Of a DNA stretch of 64,000 bases, positions 9,898 to 19,640 are shown one piece after another. The position numbers and the translations under genes were made by a program. Within the stretch, counting starts at the first letter, position 1; each line of letters starts with the position of its first letter. The notes beneath the pieces are model-generated. The model was given only the letters and a program-made list of their open reading frames with translations, was not told where the DNA came from and did no database searches. This DNA is from Alphaproteobacteria bacterium (GTDB taxonomy: Bacteria; Pseudomonadota; Alphaproteobacteria; GCA-2731375), in assembly GCA_965232515.1 (NCBI GenBank), contig CBDDPY010000002.1, forward strand, positions 4,992,001 to 5,056,000, read 5' to 3'.

Positions 9898-11223
9898 TCA
9901 CCCCCTCAGACGATAGAGCTCCGGCAGCCACAGCGCGATCTGCGGGAACGCCATCACAATGGCGAGTCCGAAGATCATCACCGCGACGAACGGCACGATC
10001 GAGCGGTAGATATCCATCAGCGACACCTCCGGCGGCGCCATGGCGCGCATCAGGAACAGGTTGTAGCCGAACGGCGGTGTCATATAGGCGATCTGGCAGG
10101 TGATGGTGTAGAGCACGCCGTACCAGATCAGGTCGAAGCCGAGCGCGCCGACCAATGGCACGTAAAGCGGCGCCACGATCACCAGCATCGCCGTGTCGTC
10201 CAGGAACGTGCCCATGATCAGGTACGAGAGCTGCATCATGATCAGGATCTGCCAGGGGCTCAGGCCCATGCGGTCCACGAAGAAGCCCTCGATGGCCTTC
10301 ACCGCGCCCAGCCCGTCGAACACCGCGCCGAAGCAGAGCGCCGCCAGGATGATCCACATGAACATGCAGGAGATGCCGAGCGTCTTGCGCAGCGTCTCCT
10401 CCATCACCTTGCGCGTCAGCCGCCCCTTGGCGATCGCCGCCAGCGTCGCGGCCAGCGCGCCCACGGCCGAGCTCTCGGTCAGGTTGGTGACGCCCATCAG
10501 GAACAGGCCGGTCATCGAGAAGAAGATGAAGAGCGGCAGCAGGCCGGCGCGCAGCAACGAGAGCTTCTCGCGCATCGGCATGTCGCGTTCGTCGGCCGGC
10601 AGAGGCGGCCCCAGATGCGGCTGCAGCCGGCAGCGCACGACGATATAGACGATGAACAGCCCCGCCATCATCAGGCCGGGAAACACGCCGGCCAGCCAGA
10701 GCTGTCCCACCGGCTGCCGCGCGATCATGCCGTAGAGCACCAGCACCACGCTCGGCGGCACCAGAATGCCCAGCGACGAGCCGGCCTGGATCACGCCCGT
10801 CACCATGATCTTGTCGTAGCCGCGCCGCAGCAGCTCGGGCAGCGCGATGCTGGCGCCGATCGCCATGCCGGCGACGCTGAGCCCGTTCATGGCCGAGATC
10901 GCCACCATCAACCCGATCGTGCCGACCGCCAGCCCGCCCTTCAGCGGCCCGAACCAGACATGGAACATCTTGTAGAGGTCGTTAGCGATGCCCGACTCGG
11001 ACAGCATGTAGCCCATATAGATGAACAGCGGCAGCGTCAGCAGCGGATACCATTTCATCAGCTTCATGGCGGCGCTGAACGACAGCTCCGAGCCGCCTTC
11101 GCCCCACAGCAAGAGCGCCGCCACGACGGCGACGAAGCCGATGGCGCCGAACACCCGCTGCCCCGTCAGCAGCATCAGCATCATCGATGCGAACATCAGG
11201 ACGGCGATGAGCTCGTAGCTCAT
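9898..11223 (-). CDS. dctM: TRAP transporter large permease
   Basis: Very hydrophobic 441 aa; SSLGILVPPS, TPPFGYNLF motifs. Confidence 0.92.
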   Translation of the reverse strand: MSYELIAVLMFASMMLMLLTGQRVFGAIGFVAVVAALLLWGEGGSELSFSAAMKLMKWYPLLTLPLFIYMGYMLSESGIANDLYKMFHVWFGPLKGGLAVGTIGLMVAISAMNGLSVAGMAIGASIALPELLRRGYDKIMVTGVIQAGSSLGILVPPSVVLVLYGMIARQPVGQLWLAGVFPGLMMAGLFIVYIVVRCRLQPHLGPPLPADERDMPMREKLSLLRAGLLPLFIFFSMTGLFLMGVTNLTESSAVGALAATLAAIAKGRLTRKVMEETLRKTLGISCMFMWIILAALCFGAVFDGLGAVKAIEGFFVDRMGLSPWQILIMMQLSYLIMGTFLDDTAMLVIVAPLYVPLVGALGFDLIWYGVLYTITCQIAYMTPPFGYNLFLMRAMAPPEVSLMDIYRSIVPFVAVMIFGLAIVMAFPQIALWLPELYRLRG

Positions 11224-11759
11224 GCCAGGTCATCCCCGGCCGGCAGGTCGGCGCCCAGATCCAAACCGCGCAGCTTGGCTATGTCCTTGATCAGACTGGA
11301 AATCGCCTGCAGCAGCATCATGAAGATGCCGACGCACATGACGATCTTGATCGGCGCCATATAGGGCCGCCAGGCGGAATAGCTGCGCTCGCCGTACTCG
11401 ACCGCATAGACCGTGCTCGACAGCCCGCCGTAGAACAGCAGCGCCAGATAGAAGATCAGGAACAGCACGGTAAACGCGTCCACCCAGGTGCGCGTACGGT
11501 CCGACCAGGCGCCGTACAACAGGTCCATGCGCACATGGTCGCCCAGCTGCAGCGAATAGGCGCCGCCCAGCAGGAAATAGGCGACCATCAGGAACTGCGC
11601 CATTTCCAGCGTCCACAGGGGCGGGATGAAGAAGGTCTTCGTGAAGGACGAGTACAGCAGCACGCCCATCATGGCGAAAACCAGCAGCATGATCGCGCGG
11701 CCGATGACGCGGTTCACCGCGTCGACCGCGCGCACGTAGGCCGTCAGCGCCTTCGGCAT
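11220..11759 (-). CDS. dctQ: TRAP transporter small permease
   Basis: 4 TM segments, HVRMDLLY motif; 4-bp overlap with dctM. Confidence 0.9.
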   Translation of the reverse strand: MPKALTAYVRAVDAVNRVIGRAIMLLVFAMMGVLLYSSFTKTFFIPPLWTLEMAQFLMVAYFLLGGAYSLQLGDHVRMDLLYGAWSDRTRTWVDAFTVLFLIFYLALLFYGGLSSTVYAVEYGERSYSAWRPYMAPIKIVMCVGIFMMLLQAISSLIKDIAKLRGLDLGADLPAGDDLA

Positions 11760-11960
11760 GCGCCGCGTCCGCCGGCGCCACGAACGACGATGTCCGCGGG
11801 GCGTTGCTGACACATAGGACAAGCCCTCCCTGTCCGGCATGGCGTCTCCGCGCCAATACCGCCCGGACGGTAGCAAAGTTTATTGCAGGACGAAACGCTG
11901 GCTTGTCGGCGCGCGCGGTCCAACGGCCGCAAGGAAATCGTCGGCCATCCGCCACCAACC

Positions 11961-12046
11961 GTCATGCTGGCGCAGGCCAGCATCCAGCGGCTTTGCAGCA
12001 AGCTGAAGAATCAATAAACCTGGATCCTGGCCTGCGCCAGGATGAC
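11961..12046. repeat. Inverted pair of 27-bp REP-like palindromes
   Basis: GTCATGCTGGCGCAGGCCAGCATCCAG (11961-11987) and near reverse complement CTGGATCCTGGCCTGCGCCAGGATGAC (12020-12046); each unit is an internal hairpin. Confidence 0.8.
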
Positions 12047-12082
12047 CCGGATTCGCCGGGCGCGATACCGGTTCTCAGGCGG

Positions 12083-12217
12083 TCAGGACGACCCGATGCC
12101 GCCCGTCGGCGGTGGCAGGTTGCCCCGGCGTCCCTTGCGCAGGGAATCGGGCGAGACGCCGAAGATCCGGCAGATCCAGGCGACGAAACCGGACCACCAT
12201 TGCAAAACTGTACGCAT
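12083..12217 (-). CDS. Putative 44-aa small protein
   Basis: MRTVLQWWSGFVAWICRIFGVSPDSLRKGRRGNLPPPTGGIGSS*, preceded by GGGGAGG 7 nt upstream of ATG. Confidence 0.4.
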   Translation of the reverse strand: MRTVLQWWSGFVAWICRIFGVSPDSLRKGRRGNLPPPTGGIGSS

Positions 12218-12396
12218 ATCTCGACCTCCCCAAGCTGTTTCGCCCGCGCTGAAACGACGCGGACCCTCGATCGAGGTGCAACGCACATCCGCCTGGATAG
12301 TAGCACAAGATGCGATTGACCGCCGACGTTGTGCCGCGACGATGGTTTCGATAGAACCTGCTTCCCCCACGCGCATGCGGCAATGGAGACGACGAG

Positions 12397-12930
12397 ATGG
12401 TGCCGACGTTGGAAACGGACCGGCTGCGGCTGATGCCGCGCACGGCGGCCGATATCGACGCCTGCGTCGCCATGGACAGCGACCTCGAGGTTCGGCGCTA
12501 CATCACCCCCGACTTCCGCGACAACTTCGACGCCGCCGCCTATCGCGCAAGTCTTGGAGAACGCTTGGCGATCGATGCCGGGCCGGGCTTCGGCTGGTGG
12601 ATCATCCGCGATCGCGACACGCCCGGGCGCTTCCATGGTCTGGCCATGCTGATCCCGGTCGGTCTCGAGGGTCCGGAGATCGAGATCGGCTGGCGCCTGC
12701 CGCGCGCCTCTTGGGGGAATGGCTACGCGACCGAGGCCGCAATACGCATCCTCGCCCACGCCTTCGACGACGTCGGTCTGTCCGAGGTCATCGCCTGCAT
12801 CGATCCCGAGAACAGCCGCTCGATCGCCGTCGCCGCCCGCCTCGGCTTCGTCCGTGACGGCCGCAAGGCTGCCTACGGCACCGAGTTCGACCTCTATCGC
12901 CTGCGCCGCGACGCTACCGGTGCGGGCTGA
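12397..12930 (+). CDS. GNAT N-acetyltransferase (RimJ/RimL type)
   Basis: LETDRLRL, EIGWRL...WGNGYATEAA, NSRSIAVAARLGF. Confidence 0.9.
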   Translation: MVPTLETDRLRLMPRTAADIDACVAMDSDLEVRRYITPDFRDNFDAAAYRASLGERLAIDAGPGFGWWIIRDRDTPGRFHGLAMLIPVGLEGPEIEIGWRLPRASWGNGYATEAAIRILAHAFDDVGLSEVIACIDPENSRSIAVAARLGFVRDGRKAAYGTEFDLYRLRRDATGAG

Positions 12931-12942
12931 CCGCCGGCTGCG

Positions 12943-14256
12943 TCAGAAGCCGATCTCCAGTTCGATGCCGACGAAGAAGGCCGGGTCCGCGTCGTCCGCG
13001 AAGGCGTCGCCCGGCAGGAACGCGCCGGCGATCGCTTCGAGCTCGACCGTCTCGCTCACCTGATAGCCGATGATCAGGTCCACGCCGTTGCCGATTGTGC
13101 GGTCGTGGCCGTCGGGATCGGCGTCGATGGCGGCGTTGCGAAGTTCGTCCGACGCCTCGTGTTGCCGGTAATGGTGGTAGACGAGATCGATCGAGCTGTC
13201 GTCGGTCGGGCGCAGGCCGAGGCCGGCGGTCAGGATGATCAGGTTGCTGAGCTCCGGGTCCAGCACCTCGCCGTAATACTTGAAGCTGGTGATGCCGTTG
13301 AAGTCGTCGTTGTTGTCCTGCAGGCCAGTCTGCCGGAAAGCCCGGTTGGTGCCGTCGTCGGGATCGTCGTCGCCGCTGCCGAAGGCAAGGCCCAGCGTCA
13401 ATGACGGCTCCCATGGCGCGTCGGCCACGTAGCTCGCGCCGACATCGAAACCGTAGCCGCGGATGTCGTCGTCGCCGGCCGCGCCGCGCACATGCATGAG
13501 CTCGACCCAGTAATCGATATTGCCGGTCAGCGCGCCGATCGACTGCAGGCCGATAAAGACCGCGTCCTCGTCGCGGCGGTCGCGGCCGTCGCGATAAAAC
13601 AGATACGGGCTGATCTCACTGTCCTCGCCCACCGCGTAGCGCCCGAGCAGGAAATAGTTGTTGGGTTCGTCTTCCGAGCGGTCGCCCAACAGGTCTTTTT
13701 TGACCAGATCCTCGCGGCTGACCGATGCTTCCAGGCCGAAGGCCGCGCGGCGCAGATAGAGCCGGACGCCGTCCAGATCCTCGTCATAGAGCCATTCGCG
13801 CTTGTCCTCGAACGGCTGCCGGCCGAGCGTCAGCGACAGGCCGGGGAAGACCTCGCGGAAATTCGCATAGGCCTGCTTGACCACCAGCTCGGCGTCCGGC
13901 GAGCCCCGGCCGTCCGGCGCGTCGATGTTGATCTCCTTGTTTATCTCGACATTCAGGAACGCGCGGAACCACGGCGTCGGATCGTAGGAGAAGGCGAGCT
14001 CCAGTTCCGGCTTGACCGCCGTGACGTCGTCGCTCAGGCCGCGCTCCAGGTCGAGGTCGCGTTCATGGGTGAGTTCGAGCTTCAACTCGGCGCCGAAGGA
14101 CAGATTGGGCGTCAGCTGCAGCCGGGTGTCGGGCGGATCGTCGAAATCGAACTCGACGCCCGAATCGTTGATTTGCGCCGCCGCGATTGGCACCGTCGCC
14201 AACAGCACGCCGGCACACGCCAGGCAGACCTCAAGCCGACGGCGCCAGCCGGCCAT
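12943..14256 (-). CDS. Alginate-export (AlgE-like) outer-membrane beta-barrel
   Basis: Signal peptide; GRQPFEDKREWLYDEDLDG, GSGDDDP, FRQTGLQDN, YYGEVLDPELSNL; terminal Phe. Confidence 0.8.
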   Translation of the reverse strand: MAGWRRRLEVCLACAGVLLATVPIAAAQINDSGVEFDFDDPPDTRLQLTPNLSFGAELKLELTHERDLDLERGLSDDVTAVKPELELAFSYDPTPWFRAFLNVEINKEINIDAPDGRGSPDAELVVKQAYANFREVFPGLSLTLGRQPFEDKREWLYDEDLDGVRLYLRRAAFGLEASVSREDLVKKDLLGDRSEDEPNNYFLLGRYAVGEDSEISPYLFYRDGRDRRDEDAVFIGLQSIGALTGNIDYWVELMHVRGAAGDDDIRGYGFDVGASYVADAPWEPSLTLGLAFGSGDDDPDDGTNRAFRQTGLQDNNDDFNGITSFKYYGEVLDPELSNLIILTAGLGLRPTDDSSIDLVYHHYRQHEASDELRNAAIDADPDGHDRTIGNGVDLIIGYQVSETVELEAIAGAFLPGDAFADDADPAFFVGIELEIGF

Positions 14257-15523
14257 CTTCGTCGCGCCTCGGGGTCTGCGGCGCGTCCGATGTGTTCGTG
14301 TCGATGACGGGCATCGTCGTAACCGGGGCCGGTTTCACCGCCAGGAAGGCGTAGATCTCAGCCGCGATGGCGAGCGCGATGCGAACGCCCAGCATCGCCA
14401 TGACGCCCCAGGTGTTCCACAGGAAGCCCGCCAGGACCGGGCCGGCGACGCCGCCCGCCTCCTCGCCCAGGCTGAGCACCGCCATGGTGTGGGCGCGCTT
14501 GCGCCGGTCGAGGTCAGAATGCTGCGCCATCAGCGCGCCCCAGGCCGGCTTGAAGGCGGCCTTGCCGGCCTCGTCGATCAGACGACCGCCCATCATGCCG
14601 GCGAGGTTCGGCGCCACCATGAATACAATCGACGAGACCACGTTGGCGACGCCACGGACCCGCAGCACCAGGTTCCGGCTGACATTGTCGGACAACCAGC
14701 CAAAGCCGGGTCCCGCGACCAGCATGACCATCGCGGCCAGGAAATAGATCATGCCGGTCTCTGCCGCGCTCAGGCCGGCATACTCCACGGCCAGCACGGG
14801 GAACAGGCCGCCGATCATCTTGGCGCTGCTGCTCATCAAGAAGCCCAGCCCCATGATCGACACCAGCCGGCGCCGCAGGTCCGCCGGCCGGGCCTCGACG
14901 TCGGGCGTCTCGGCTGTCGCTTTCGCCGGCGCCGGCGTGCCGGATGCTTTCGCCGGCACGAAACGCCAGACCACGACGACCGGGATCAGCGACAGCAGGG
15001 CCGCGGCCACGAACACCAGTGAAAAATTCTGCGCCGTCGCCGTCAGCAGGATGCCGGCCAGCGCGTGGCCGAGCTTGCCCGAGACGCTCTTCACCGAGGC
15101 GTACCAGGCGAACGACGAGGCCACGGCCCGCTTGGCGCTGCGTTCGGCGATCAGGGCATAGGCCGCCGGGTCGCGCAGCGACCGCGATGCGCCATGCGCC
15201 ATGCGGATGGCGAAGAGATGCCAGGGCAGCCAGGCCAGCGCCAGCAGCAGGGACACCATCGAGCGTAAGGCCAAGGCCGCGACCAAACTGGGTTTCAGCC
15301 CGCAGCGGTCCGCCATCCGTCCCATCGCCGGCTTCAGGATCATGGCGACGGCGAAGTTCAGCGACAGCAGGATGCCGATCTCGGCGACCGACATGCCGAG
15401 ATGATGCGCGTAGAGCGGCAGGGCGAAGGCGATGATGCCGAAGCTGAGCCGGGACGCCAGCCCCTCGGCGACAATGGCCAGCAGAACCGTACGGTCGTGA
15501 CGCGGAGATTGTGCCATCGTCAT
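14231..15523 (-). CDS. MFS transporter
   Basis: About 12 TM segments; motif A GRMADRCGLK and second-half GWLSDNVSR; ATGA overlap with upstream ATP-grasp gene. Confidence 0.88.
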   Translation of the reverse strand: MTMAQSPRHDRTVLLAIVAEGLASRLSFGIIAFALPLYAHHLGMSVAEIGILLSLNFAVAMILKPAMGRMADRCGLKPSLVAALALRSMVSLLLALAWLPWHLFAIRMAHGASRSLRDPAAYALIAERSAKRAVASSFAWYASVKSVSGKLGHALAGILLTATAQNFSLVFVAAALLSLIPVVVVWRFVPAKASGTPAPAKATAETPDVEARPADLRRRLVSIMGLGFLMSSSAKMIGGLFPVLAVEYAGLSAAETGMIYFLAAMVMLVAGPGFGWLSDNVSRNLVLRVRGVANVVSSIVFMVAPNLAGMMGGRLIDEAGKAAFKPAWGALMAQHSDLDRRKRAHTMAVLSLGEEAGGVAGPVLAGFLWNTWGVMAMLGVRIALAIAAEIYAFLAVKPAPVTTMPVIDTNTSDAPQTPRRDEDGRLAPSA

Positions 15524-16515
15524 CCGGCCGCCGTCGCCGGGCTTGCCGGCAACGCCGGCCGATCGCCGGGCAGCGTGCACCGCCCGTCGGCATAGTCGGC
15601 GATATAGTCGGCGATCAGCGGCGCCGCACCCGGCACGCCCTTGTAGCCGGGGAAGTAGTTCACATCCACGACCACCGGACCTTCCGGCCCCTCGATAAAA
15701 TCAAGCCCATAGAGTCCGAGGCCGAAGACCTCGCCGCAACTGAGCGCGATCCGCCGCACCTCTTCGCTGATCTCACAGGCTTCGCCGGCCCGCGTGAAGC
15801 TCGTCGGCGAAAACCGCTTTCGCGTCCCGAATACTTCGCTGCCGACGACATAGACCTTCAGGTCTTCGCCCGGGCCGGGGACAAAGTCCTGCACGATGAC
15901 CGGAACCGGCGACGGCGGCACGGCCGCCAGCTCGACCGCGTTGCGCACGACATGGATGTCGGCGCCGCGATGCCCGCGGTGCGGCTTGATGATCAACGGG
16001 CCGTCCGCCAGTTGCGGCGCCAGCAGCGTCAGGTCGCCGGTCACCCACGAGCGTGGCGCCGGCAGGTCCGCGGCGCGCAGCCGTCGGCAGGCGGTGATCT
16101 TGTCCTGCGCCGCGAGGCACGCGGCATAGGGATTGAGCATGCGGGCGCCCTGGCCATGCAACGTCCCCGCGAGACTGAGCGTCAGCTCGGTATGCGACTT
16201 GATGACGTAAAGATCGTGTTCGACGTCCAGCAGGTCTGCCCGCACGACCATCTCTTCGGCGATGCCGGTTTCGACTCTGAAGCCCCGTCCGCGCAGGATG
16301 TCGAAGACCTCGCGCAGTACCGGGCTGTCCACCGGTGGGACGCGCCGGACCAGCAGGAAATACAAGCTTCCGTTGGCGACCCTTGAGGGTTTGGCAAAGC
16401 CTTTTCGCGCTGTCTTTCGCGCTTTTCCGGTGGCCTTCATCCCGCTGGCGGCTCGTCCGAGGTTGCCTTCATGGGTACCAAGACGAGGCTGGGGGCGCGT
16501 TGCGACGACCTTCAT
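15520..16515 (-). CDS. ATP-grasp protein #4 (RimK/ITPK1-like)
   Basis: QDK, LIIKPHRG, DLKVYVVG, YGLDFI...VVDVNYFPGYKGVP; start could be ATG 16440. Confidence 0.85.
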   Translation of the reverse strand: MKVVATRPQPRLGTHEGNLGRAASGMKATGKARKTARKGFAKPSRVANGSLYFLLVRRVPPVDSPVLREVFDILRGRGFRVETGIAEEMVVRADLLDVEHDLYVIKSHTELTLSLAGTLHGQGARMLNPYAACLAAQDKITACRRLRAADLPAPRSWVTGDLTLLAPQLADGPLIIKPHRGHRGADIHVVRNAVELAAVPPSPVPVIVQDFVPGPGEDLKVYVVGSEVFGTRKRFSPTSFTRAGEACEISEEVRRIALSCGEVFGLGLYGLDFIEGPEGPVVVDVNYFPGYKGVPGAAPLIADYIADYADGRCTLPGDRPALPASPATAAG

Positions 16516-17360
16516 GCTCGCTCCCCCCGGTCACGAGCGGCGTGCCCGTAGCCCTGGCCGGACTTGGCCTCCGCGCAGGCATCGTAAATATAGTCGGCCA
16601 GGTGCCGGCCGGCCTCCGGCACGCCTTTGAAGCCGGGAAAGGCGCTCGTGTCCACGACGTAGGGTCGGCCGTGGCTGATAACGACGTCGATTCCGAAGAC
16701 ATCGATACCGAAGGTTCGCCTGCAACGCATAACGATGTCGAGCAGGTCGTCGACGACTTCGAAAGGTTCACCCAGCTTTTGTTCATAGGTCTGCGCCGGC
16801 CACACGCGTTTGACGCCGAACACGCGTTCGCCGATGCAGTAGATCTTTCGATCCCGTCCTTCCGGCTCCTTGTAGCGTTGAGCTAAAACCGGCGACCTGT
16901 CGAGCGGGATCGTGCTCAGTTGATCTTGCATCCGAATGACATGTACGCCGCGCCCCCGTGAGCCCCGACAGGGCTTCACGATCAACGGCCCCTCATCCAG
17001 CAGGTCCACCAGTTGCTCCGGACGACTGGCGACATAGCTCTCCGGGGCCGGGATGTTGGCCGCCTCGAGCATCTGCGCGGCCACGATTTTGTCGCGCAGC
17101 ATCTCAGAGACCGGATAGGGATTGACGATCCGCGCGCCCAGAGCATGCAGCGCTCCGGCCAGGCTCAACGTCAAGTCGCTGCGATACTTCAAGATGTAGA
17201 GGTCATGTTCGACCCGTAATCGCGTCAGATCGGTCCGCCGTTCCTCCGGGGCGATGACCTCCACGGCAACGCCACGATCGGAAAGGCGCCGAATTATTTC
17301 GGCTGCGATGGAAACGCTATGTGTTTGACGCCCTGCGCGGAGGAACATGGCGATCCTCAT
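16512..17360 (-). CDS. ATP-grasp protein #3 (RimK/ITPK1-like)
   Basis: RDK, LIVKPCRGSRG, DRKIYCIG, FGIDVV...VVDTSAFPGFKGVP; GGAGGAG RBS before ATG 17360. Confidence 0.85.
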   Translation of the reverse strand: MRIAMFLRAGRQTHSVSIAAEIIRRLSDRGVAVEVIAPEERRTDLTRLRVEHDLYILKYRSDLTLSLAGALHALGARIVNPYPVSEMLRDKIVAAQMLEAANIPAPESYVASRPEQLVDLLDEGPLIVKPCRGSRGRGVHVIRMQDQLSTIPLDRSPVLAQRYKEPEGRDRKIYCIGERVFGVKRVWPAQTYEQKLGEPFEVVDDLLDIVMRCRRTFGIDVFGIDVVISHGRPYVVDTSAFPGFKGVPEAGRHLADYIYDACAEAKSGQGYGHAARDRGERA

Positions 17361-17520
17361 GTCGAACTCCTCCGGCTGGCTTTCCGCCCGCATGCTTCTC
17401 TTGTCGTCTGGTGAATGAAGGCAACATCGTCGGTCGCCGCCTGGTTCGAGCCCGGCCCCCGCAAATCGGGCCTTTCTTTGAGCAAGACGCTGCGTTGCAT
17501 TGCCATCGCCATCACCCATT

Positions 17521-18804
17521 TCATTCAGGTCGGGGTGCACGGGTAATCAGGCTGTATAGCGCTCGCCCGGTTAAGCGACCGCATTCGGACATCTCGTTAT
17601 GACGCGAGGGCCGCTGCCAGGCCCAGGTCATGGTCTTCAGGTCGATCAGCAGGTTCTCTCGTTGCCAGCCGCGGGCGAAACGGTCGTATCGGCTCATGAC
17701 CAGGTGGCCCAGGCGGCTGGCGCTGTCGATCGCGCAGATGCGTTCCATGGCGGCGCGGACGCCCTGGCTGCCCATGTCGCGGTCGAGCAGCACCGCCGCC
17801 GGATCGTCCGGGTTGCGGTAGTGCAGGGCCGCCGCGATACCGACCGCCAGGTTGGTCGGCCGCCGGCCGGCCTTCGCCGCCAGCCGGAGAGCGCCAACCA
17901 GCCGGTCGGCGGGCGCCAGCTTGCGAAAGGGATCGCGGGCAACGCGGGTCACGGGATCGTTCAGCACGGCATTGTCGAAGCGCCGGAGAACAGCCGTCAG
18001 GGTATCGCGGCCGCCGGCGATGGCGGCGCCGTAGCGGGCGGCGAGCCCGGCCTGTCCCTCGGCCATCGCCTTCCGGACGACGGCGCGAATCTCCGGATCG
18101 CGGACCGCCGCGTGAATGTAGCGATAGCCCTTCAGATAGCCGATATAGGCGCAGGTCGCGTGCCCGGCGCTGAACATGTAGAGCTTGCGGTGCACATGAG
18201 CGCCGTAATCGGCGGCGACTTTCATGCCGGCGATCACCGGTTTCGGATCGCGCAGCGCCCGGCCGTCGACGACGAACGTCTCGGCTTGGTCGCCGATCAG
18301 GGTCACCGGCTCGGCACAATCGCGCGCCATCTCGAGGTGCGATACCGCGCGCGAGACGAGGGCGCTGACGAAACCGTGCGCGCCGGCGCGGCGCGCGCCC
18401 AGTTCCCGCGCCACCAGTTGGCGTAGTCGGCGGCCCGGGTCTTCCAGGTTCTCGAAGGCGAGCACGTTGACCGGCGACTGTCGCCGCGCCAGTCCCGCCG
18501 AGATCAGCGGCGCCACGTCGGCCAGGTTGTCGGGCCCCACCGCGGTCGCCACCACATTGGCGTTGGCGATCTCGTCGACGGCGCGGGCCTGGTCGTGGAT
18601 CGACACCGCGTCGACTCCACCGACCTCGGTTTCCACACTGTCGGCGCCGTTCGACAACCGCACCCGATAACGCCCGGCCGTGTTCAGGTGCGACAGCAGA
18701 CGCTGGTTGCGCCCGATGAAGGTCAGGTCATAGCCGGACGCCCGCAGCAGATGGCCGGCGAAGCCGCAGCCGACCCGGCCGGGGCCGATGATGACGGCTT
18801 TCAT
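17521..18804 (-). CDS. Mannitol-1-phosphate 5-dehydrogenase-like (MtlD-like) polyol-phosphate dehydrogenase
   Basis: GPGRVGCGF Rossmann motif, ATAVGP, AFEN, HRKLYMFSAGHATCAYIG, RFDN..LNDPVTRVARDPFRKL...DRL. Confidence 0.82.
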   Translation of the reverse strand: MKAVIIGPGRVGCGFAGHLLRASGYDLTFIGRNQRLLSHLNTAGRYRVRLSNGADSVETEVGGVDAVSIHDQARAVDEIANANVVATAVGPDNLADVAPLISAGLARRQSPVNVLAFENLEDPGRRLRQLVARELGARRAGAHGFVSALVSRAVSHLEMARDCAEPVTLIGDQAETFVVDGRALRDPKPVIAGMKVAADYGAHVHRKLYMFSAGHATCAYIGYLKGYRYIHAAVRDPEIRAVVRKAMAEGQAGLAARYGAAIAGGRDTLTAVLRRFDNAVLNDPVTRVARDPFRKLAPADRLVGALRLAAKAGRRPTNLAVGIAAALHYRNPDDPAAVLLDRDMGSQGVRAAMERICAIDSASRLGHLVMSRYDRFARGWQRENLLIDLKTMTWAWQRPSRHNEMSECGRLTGRALYSLITRAPRPE

Positions 18805-19640
18805 TGCAGCACCCTCCGTGGGGCGGCGGGCGTCGAGGCCCAGTCGGCATCCTGGGCGCAGGTGTAGACATAGTCGGCCAGACGTAGCGCCGCGTCCGGC
18901 ACGCCCTTGAACCCGGGAAAGCTGTTAACATCGACGACATAGGCCTGACCGTTGCTGAAGATCACGTCGATCCCGAATACGTCGATGCCGAAGGCGCGGC
19001 CGCTCATCAAGGCGATATCCCGCAATTCCGCCGAGATCGTCAGCGGGCGGCCCAGCTTCTGCCGGTAGGTCCGGGCCGGCCATTCGCGCTCGACGCCGAA
19101 CACCTGTCCGTTGATGCAATAGATCTTGTGGTCGAAGCGGTCCGGCGCCTTGTAGCGCTGGGCGATGACGGGTCCGGTGCTGGCCGGCAGTTGTTCCAGC
19201 TCCGCGCGGTCGCGCACCACGCGGATACCCCGGCCCTTCGAACCGCGGGCCGGTTTGATGACCAGCGCGCCTTCTTCCAGGATCGACGCCAGATCGCTCG
19301 GCCTTTCGGCGGCATAGGCCGGCGGCGTCGGGATCCGCGCCCGCTGCAGAATGCGGTAGACGATCGCCTTGTCCCTCAGCATCGCGGCCACGGGAAAGGG
19401 ATTGATGATCCGCGCGCCGGTCGCGTGCAGCGCGCCGGCGAAGCTCAGCGCGCCTTCGCTGCTCGATTTCAGGACATAGAGGTCGTGATGGGGCCAGCGC
19501 TGGGTCAGACAGATCGGGCTTTCGTCCGGACAGATCAGGTCGATCTCCGCGCCCCACTCCGACAGCAGGTGGACCATCTCCCGCATGATCGGGCTGCTTT
19601 GTCCGTCCGGATGGGCGCGAACCAGAAAACCGATTTTCAC
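18801..19640 (-). CDS. ATP-grasp protein #2 (RimK/ITPK1-like)
   Basis: RDK, LVIKPARGSKG, DHKIYCING, FGIDVI...VVDVNSFPGFKGVP; GTG start overlaps the upstream stop. Confidence 0.85.
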   Translation of the reverse strand: MKIGFLVRAHPDGQSSPIMREMVHLLSEWGAEIDLICPDESPICLTQRWPHHDLYVLKSSSEGALSFAGALHATGARIINPFPVAAMLRDKAIVYRILQRARIPTPPAYAAERPSDLASILEEGALVIKPARGSKGRGIRVVRDRAELEQLPASTGPVIAQRYKAPDRFDHKIYCINGQVFGVEREWPARTYRQKLGRPLTISAELRDIALMSGRAFGIDVFGIDVIFSNGQAYVVDVNSFPGFKGVPDAALRLADYVYTCAQDADWASTPAAPRRVLQ

